From Tubiluchus corallicola (taxonomy: Eukaryota; Animalia; Priapulida): 64,000 nt of DNA. The stretch lies in NCBI GenBank assembly GCA_030141605.1, contig JAQGDQ010000033.1, positions 558,001-622,000 on the forward strand, written 5' to 3'. Below are positions 47,300 to 64,000 of the stretch, piece after piece; positions within the stretch are counted from its first letter, which is position 1; every line of letters begins with the position of its first letter. The notes beneath the pieces are model-generated. The model had not been told where the DNA came from and did not search any database. It worked only from the letters and a program-made list of their open reading frames with translations. A program made the translations under genes and the position numbers.

Positions 47300-49010
47300 T
47301 GAAGGCATGTTGTTCCAGGTATTTACTCCTCTATTGGAACATACATCTTTCCTTTTGTTCCATCTTCCAAGCAATCTCCATTTTAAACAAACAAATCTTC
47401 TATGCAACATACATACATTTGAAGAGAAGAAACAATAGAAAGTTAAAGAGATTGGCTAACAGGTTCAGAAGACCCTATATTAAAGCCTTTCCACAAAGTG
47501 TCTGCTTGCTCTGCGTGTCTATCGTTTATTCTTGTATGACTGTGGAATAATGTAGTCTGTCTATCCTATGCAGCATTCTGTATAACTGTATCATGTCATG
47601 CCTGTTTTGTACGTATTCCAAGGTGACTAGTGCTAACTCTTTGAGCCATTGTTTTTACTTTTTTCCTTGCTAGCTTGATCTAATCTAGTAGCTCTGCTTT
47701 GAATTGTTTCTACAAGCCTTATTTGACCCATGCTTTGTCGGATGACATATTATATCTGCACAGTCAGTAATGGGTTTTTATAATAGATTTGTCCAACGTC
47801 AGCAACATAGGTGCGTCCAAATAGTTAAAATTCCTTTTTATGAGTGTTAACCTTTGATGTGCTTTGTTTGTGATATACAGTAAGTCCTTGTTTAAGGACA
47901 CTAATGTGTCCAGCAAAATGCGTCGTTAAGCGAAACATCACTAAACAAAACAATGCTTTCCTCGAGAAATAATGTAAAAGCACTCAGTTTCATTTCAGGA
48001 GCAAAAATCACTGAAGTGTGCCTATGTAATAGTGTTCAATTATGTTGCAGGAGAAAAATCAATAATACTTGGCTCTTAAATTAAGCACTTTATAGAGTTT
48101 ATTACTTACAGTCTACTTTATGTATTTGTCTAATTAAAAAGCAAATAAGTAACTAAAATGCTTACAAAAACTAAAATCTAAATTTGAAGCATTAGTCCTT
48201 CCTCCTCTGGTTGCTTTTCCTATTCAATTTCATTCTCCTTTTGTTTTTTTTTATAAGAAAAATCTATGGTTGGTTGCTTAGATCATTTTCCTTTTTTCAG
48301 CATGCACTTCTTTATAAGACTACATCACATTTTCTACGTCATATTTTGCTTTTGAGTTGCATTCTCTATCAGGAGAATTTTCAGTGCTGTGTTTGTGTCA
48401 GTAAAATGCAAGTTAATATGTTATTTAGATATAACACGAGATAGTGTTTTCAACCAGAGGAATTACATCTAAATGTGGGAAAACAATTATAATCACGGTC
48501 TGCTTTGCTGTGTCTAACTGCCTGCTATAAGTTTAGTTCCAAGGGCAAACTATTACCTATGTTATAACCTTACTGGTTTAAGTAGTGGGCTTCATTTATA
48601 AGCATGCACGTGCTGTAGAAAAATTTATTCCTTATAGTAAAGCGACAAGGTGTCAAAAGATTAGCGTCGCTAAATTAAACGTCTCTAAGGGGGGATTTAC
48701 TTTATATTCAATATGTTGTTTAAAATTAAGGTTACAGTCAATGGTACACCAAGATCCTTTTCTTCAAATTAAATGCTTATCTCCATACCTCTTATGCTTT
48801 TAGGAATTCTGGGCAACATTTCGTTCTAGACTTAAAGCATCTCTAACAGGTTTGTTATACACGGCTTGCCTTTGCAGAACTCATGCTGCATAGGACTTAT
48901 TAACCTATATTTCTCTATATAACCATTGCTCTCATCTCTGATTACTCCTTCCAACAGTTGGCAGAATACAGATGTCAAGCTGACTGGTCTGAAATTATTG
49001 AGTTCATCTG
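47300..49010 (-). mobile_element. CR1-like LINE relic interrupted by a TIR element
   Basis: Minus-strand remnants (LVTLEY..NRHDMIQLYRMLHRID, F..RVF..WN); a related fragment lies at about 45305-45365. Confidence 0.6.
47878..48702. mobile_element. Possible Tc1/mariner-pogo-like MITE
   Basis: ta|cagtaagtccttgtttaaggacac at the left; gtctctaagggggggatttactt near the right as an imperfect inverted end. Confidence 0.45.
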
Positions 49011-49793
49011 GTGGAAAACTTAAACATTAAATGCGGAAACTTATTATTAGAATGAGGTCTGTATAATTTAAGTGAGTTAATTTTTATACTGTCATATTTT
49101 GTTTCTCATTTTGAAGTAATTATGTACTTACAAATGCAGCTAATTTTATATAAATCTATATCTTAATTTAAGGGGATCTGGGCTACTATTTGCCACTGTA
49201 ACTTATGCATAAACCTGTGGATGCATTCAATAAACCTTAGTTTAAGTTGTGTATACTAAATTGTTTTTTCTTGTGATAATTGGACTTAGAGGTAAATGAC
49301 TATTGACTAGCCAGTTATTTAATGACTCCATTGGTGAGATTGTCAAATGCTAGGTCTAGCATTAGAAATCGTACAAGTAAAAAGTACTTTTATTTGCTTC
49401 ACATTTAATCGTGTCATGTAACTTTAGTAGTAATTATTGTTGCATTTGATAAAAAATATAAGAAAAATTATGATTCTTAAATATGGCGACATTTAAAGTA
49501 CTATAAATATGTTTATTCAGCCAAGTTACTACTAACCTATGTAGTTTGGTTCTTAACCCCAATGGTTAACTGTTTTTGTAACTTTTATTTTTTTATTTAA
49601 CTATCAATGAAGTTTGGTTATATGATCATTTATTGCAATTAGTATTTTATGACTTTCAGTAAGTTAATTAGCATATACTGTTGCATATGTTTGTAGGTTA
49701 ATTGGCTTCATGTTGTTGCAAAACCTGCCCTAGACTTTTGCATAGAATTCACTAAAAGCTGCAAGTTGCATATCGAAGATATCACGTGTTATC

Positions 49794-52156
49794 ATGGCTT
49801 CTCGACATGTAAAGCCAAGGGAGGTGACACCAGCCATTAAATGGGTCACAAATTTCTTGTTAGGCGTAAGTGTTTTATTGGTGACATTTGACTTTTCATT
49901 GCTCTAACAGTTATAAGAAACCTGTTATACTAGTTGTAATTTTATTTCATAATTTGTAGAGTTTTGCATAGAAATATAAATTGGAAAGCCCAAGAAATGT
50001 TTTCCCAATTTGATTGTTATTCAAGTAATCTACATGCTCGGGCACTATATATCAAACTTATTTGAGCTTAGAAATTTTTTATATGACCCACTAGAGTGAG
50101 AGAGCAATCTATTACTGTCAGTGGTGCCTATGAAAGTGCTTAAGGTGCAGTGCTGTTAACCTAGCTTCCATACAAAGCTGGGCATTTATTGACTGTTTAG
50201 GTTTGCCGTTGTGTTTTGTATTCTAAATTACCCTTTTTTCTTTCTTTCTAATTTGCTGACATTAGATCTTTACTTTGTTTATCTCATTACAACCAATAAT
50301 TATTATGGTGCTTATTCCAGAATTAAATTTTTGTTTCTGGGGCTTGCATCAGTTAGTTACATAGCAAAATCATGACTATTACACCAAGAACATTCACGTT
50401 ATAAAAACATGAATCATTTTGCACCATAATTAGTGACCTAGGCAATGTATTGTTATAGGGGGCTGTTGTCTGACCTAACCACTACGTATATCTTAGCGCA
50501 ATAATTATACTGCAATTCTTGAAAAATTGCGATTGCATGGGCGTAATAAAAGTAATTTATTATCGATGTGTTGTGCTGTATTCTCTTGATTTGCATTGCA
50601 GAGGCAGCTGAACAGAAATACACGTTATGCAGATGATACTGTTGCAAGGTAACTAAATAACAGTTTTATTCAAGTATCTTCCTGGTATTACTCCAACTTT
50701 AAAATCAGTAAGTGACTTCAAAAGAAAAAAGCAGTAGAAACTTACAATGCAATCTGCTGCAAGGAGAGTTGCATGACTTTGTTCCTTAAAAATGAGAACT
50801 GACTTGAAAATTCAAAAATCTGATGAAATCTAGGATATTTTGTAGGCAAATGAATTGTACTAGCTACAAAATGAAGCACAATTTGTTTAAACAGAGTGTT
50901 GGAATTTATTTTGCTGTATTTTATCGATTATGTGCATTAATATTGACCTTGTTTTCCGATTATTGTCTGTCATCTTATTGATGATTTCTGCTTCTGCTTC
51001 CAACTAACGTGAAGCTTAAAAAATTGAACTGTCTGTCAAGTTTCTGTGGACAAACTACTACCTTGTAAGAATAATGAAATGACTATTTTGGTGATAACAG
51101 GTGAATTTTTTTCAGAACTCAGCCACCACCTAATCTTCCCGATGGTATCACTCACAAGCTTGCTAGTAACTATTATTACACACGTGATGGAAGACACTCT
51201 ATAGGGCCTAATGTTGTTGTGTACAGTGAACAGAAGAAACTAATTTCATCGGGAGAAACACCGTACGTTAGTTATCAGTTCTATGGGCTATATGGCATGG
51301 TGATGTGTAGATTTTGTTTTCCCTGCTAGTAGCTTATTAATTAGGGTTTCTCTTTGCTGTGGATAAGTGGCTCTAACTGACTGTGCAAACTAGTATGAGA
51401 TTTCAGATCTGCTTTAGCCATGTGACTTGATATTTCACATGGATAGCGCATGTGGCCTGATGCTGCAAGGTTTGTTGGAATCCTGGTTGATTCAATCCCG
51501 GGAGTCTTCAAAACTCTAAATTTAGCTATTGATTAAAATAAAGAGAACTTCCTTTTGGCAAAATAAAGCTGAGAAAGTTTATCGCCCTCATTTCCTCCCA
51601 ACAGGAAACAAATCTTTTCTTTTCTATTCAGTTTTTGCTTTCCAGATTAAACTTTAGCTGCAGCATCATAGCTCTGTATTCTCAGCTGAATGTTGTTTAC
51701 TAGAGTGAACTATCTAGAATTCTAGATGCACAAGACTTATGTCTAATCACGTATTTACTTCTTTAAGGCTTTAAGCATTGACATTAGCAAAATTTTACAT
51801 TGCATGACTGAAAAAAATACTATATTTCCAGTAACACACCAGTAATGAACACTGCATTAATTTTAGATACTAGACTTACAGAATTGTGCTCTGGCAACTT
51901 AACTAAGTGGGAGATCACTTTTCAGTTATTTTTAAAAGTAAATAATTGTGGTACTGATTCTTTACTATTACATCTATGTGGAAACATTTACAGTTCAGTT
52001 TTAGAACACTTTTCACTTTTGATTATACTGATGTGATAACAATAATACAGGTGTTATCATCAGTACTATCTTGTTACAAATTACTTTTTAATATTTATAT
52101 CTAGGGGAGATGTGAAGGCACTACCCACGCCGGGAGCTTTACACCACTGGGACTGA
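49794..52156 (+). CDS. NDUFA7: NADH:ubiquinone oxidoreductase subunit A7 (B14.5a), 4 coding exons; missed by the ORF track
   Basis: Exons 49794-49865 (MASRHVKPREVTPAIKWVTNFLLG), 50602-50648 (RQLNRNTRYADDTVA), 51116-51262 (RTQPPPNLPDGITHKLASNYYYTRDGR...) and 52105-52156 (GDVKALPTPGALHHWD*). GT-AG sites are in phase. Confidence 0.92.
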
Positions 52157-54144
52157 CAGACTTTATAGTATATAGTAGTTTTCACAAAACTAATGCATAT
52201 TTAAAAGCAGGACAGCTGAAGAACAACATTGGCATTTCCTTAATACATTGTAAAGCCATACATTATAGAGGCAGTACAAAGAATAATTATCGTATAGTTT
52301 AGAGAGATTACTTTTTGTTTTTTCACCTGTAATTCATGATCATTGTTTATGTAGTTAATTTCAGCAAATATAAGTTATTTGAGTATTTACGTAGTTATTT
52401 GAGTTTATACATAATTAAAAGTTCCATTACATCGTTTGTGTTTTGATGCAGGCACAAAAACCTAACATAGGGAAGGAATTTTTTAATGAAGTCTAAAACT
52501 ATGACACTATTTTCATGCACATTTATAGTCATTTAATTACACTGAGTAACCAATCACTCTCTGCTAATACTAATTCTGATTCATTAAAAAGAAAATTAAA
52601 ACGATACAGCTTCTTATGTAAAAATATCATCTATTTTTTTTTACAAAATTTTAGCAATAGACAAAAAGTTTGCTTTATACAACAAGTCATTGGAATTTCA
52701 CTATTACAGCACTAGTTTTGTATTAAAATAAGCACCAAGATCAAGTTTACATATGCATGAATGGTGGCTTCACACAATAACTAATTGCATCATTAGTGCA
52801 ACTGCAACTAAATACAGCTAAAAACACAAGCTGTCAATGTTTTAAAAATAAAAATAAAAATTGGAATAATTACAATTTTATGAAAGACTGCTAACTATTA
52901 CAAAACGTAATAATCAAACATATTTCAGGAATTTTTGAAGATTTTGCGAGTTACATGTTCAGTGTAGCCAGCTTCTGGCAACACACCATTAGAAATGTTC
53001 AGTTAACTTCAGTATATCATGCATCCTGCTTCAATTGGCAATAAAAAAACTGCTGTGACAATGTATTAAACAAAAGCCAATAGTGTAAAATCAGACAGTT
53101 AACTTAATTACATAATCACCTGACATGATTCAAGTCTTTGGTAGTCTCGTTAATTCATTCAAATTTATACAATTACAAAATAAATTATCAATCTACATGC
53201 TAATTCTGTTGATTAGATTAAAACTAATCTACTTCAATGACTTATATGCAGGCTAAACTATAAAAAAATCTGACTACATAATAAAAAGCAAAAAACCTGT
53301 AAACCTGCAGCAAAATATTTTAGACCTGTTTGAAGAATATGACTTCAAATCAAGTGAAATTTGCAAGACAGAAAAGAATATTGATGAAAATCTACAATAA
53401 TTGACCCCTGTTTTTCTGTTCCCAGTAATTAGAGACACATTAGCTTGCAATTATGAAAAGCCAAGTTGCATATATATATATATATATTATATTAGACTCG
53501 AACTAGAAAGCAGTGACTGCCTTACGTGATTTTGATTGCTATGTGAAATTTTTGTTTCCAACATGTAGTACATGCAATTACAAAAACCAATACAAATGAT
53601 CTAATATACAGTAAAATAAATGTTGCATCGATGGTACTGCGATGTCGTCAACTTTGCCTGATTTTTTTATAATTGCCTGTCTGATCAACTTAACTTAAAA
53701 ACCTTACATAAATTATTGACTTTAGAGAAACGTTTTTCATCACCAGACTTTAGTTTTAACATGCAGCAGGGAGTATCCGAGATGAGCAACCGAGCTTTGC
53801 GTAACTCATTTGCAGCAGTAATACATTTCACAATGAGTATTGCAACACAACTATACTTCCTAATTCTCAACTCAGTTTTACAACAGGCTGAATGAGCAAA
53901 CACATCTGCTATAGACATCTTTTACTATCTACAACATTTATAGTTAAGTAAACCATTTAGTATTTTTAAGTACGTGTTGGAACTCGTACTTCAACATGTT
54001 GGAACACTTTTATCAGTGGAATACTAATTATAGCACTACGTTCTCGCATTGAAATGTAACAGAACAAGAAACAAAACTATGTACATAAATGATTGTCTTC
54101 AACAACTATTATGCAAATTAACATCCAAAAATGGTAAGCCATTT

Positions 54145-64000
<9,856 letters not shown>

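Overview
AT-rich, intron-rich eukaryotic genomic DNA, most likely from an invertebrate animal; it is not prokaryotic, so most short ORFs in the track are noise or exon fragments. Recognisable genes: an intronless ANAPC15 and an intronless ketohexokinase in tight tandem on the minus strand (9.0-10.6 kb), a complete multi-exon DNA polymerase theta (POLQ, about 20.3-43.65 kb, +), a four-exon NDUFA7 (49.8-52.2 kb, +) and the 3' PH-BEACH-WD40 part of LYST (54.1 kb to the window end, -). Intergenic and intronic space holds nested non-LTR retrotransposon relics, several TIR elements/MITEs, two long (GA)n tracts and a tRNA-derived SINE head. Best leads: (1) an operon-like or shared-leader ANAPC15-KHK arrangement, with a splice acceptor directly before each ATG; (2) a 5S-rRNA-headed SINE of about 590 bp with a 10-bp target-site duplication, inserted in a LINE RT; (3) a 56-bp hairpin whose mismatches become G-U pairs on the minus strand; (4) a GC donor and an overlapping upstream ORF in POLQ. 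All exon coordinates were read by eye and gene names rest on remembered motifs, not database searches.
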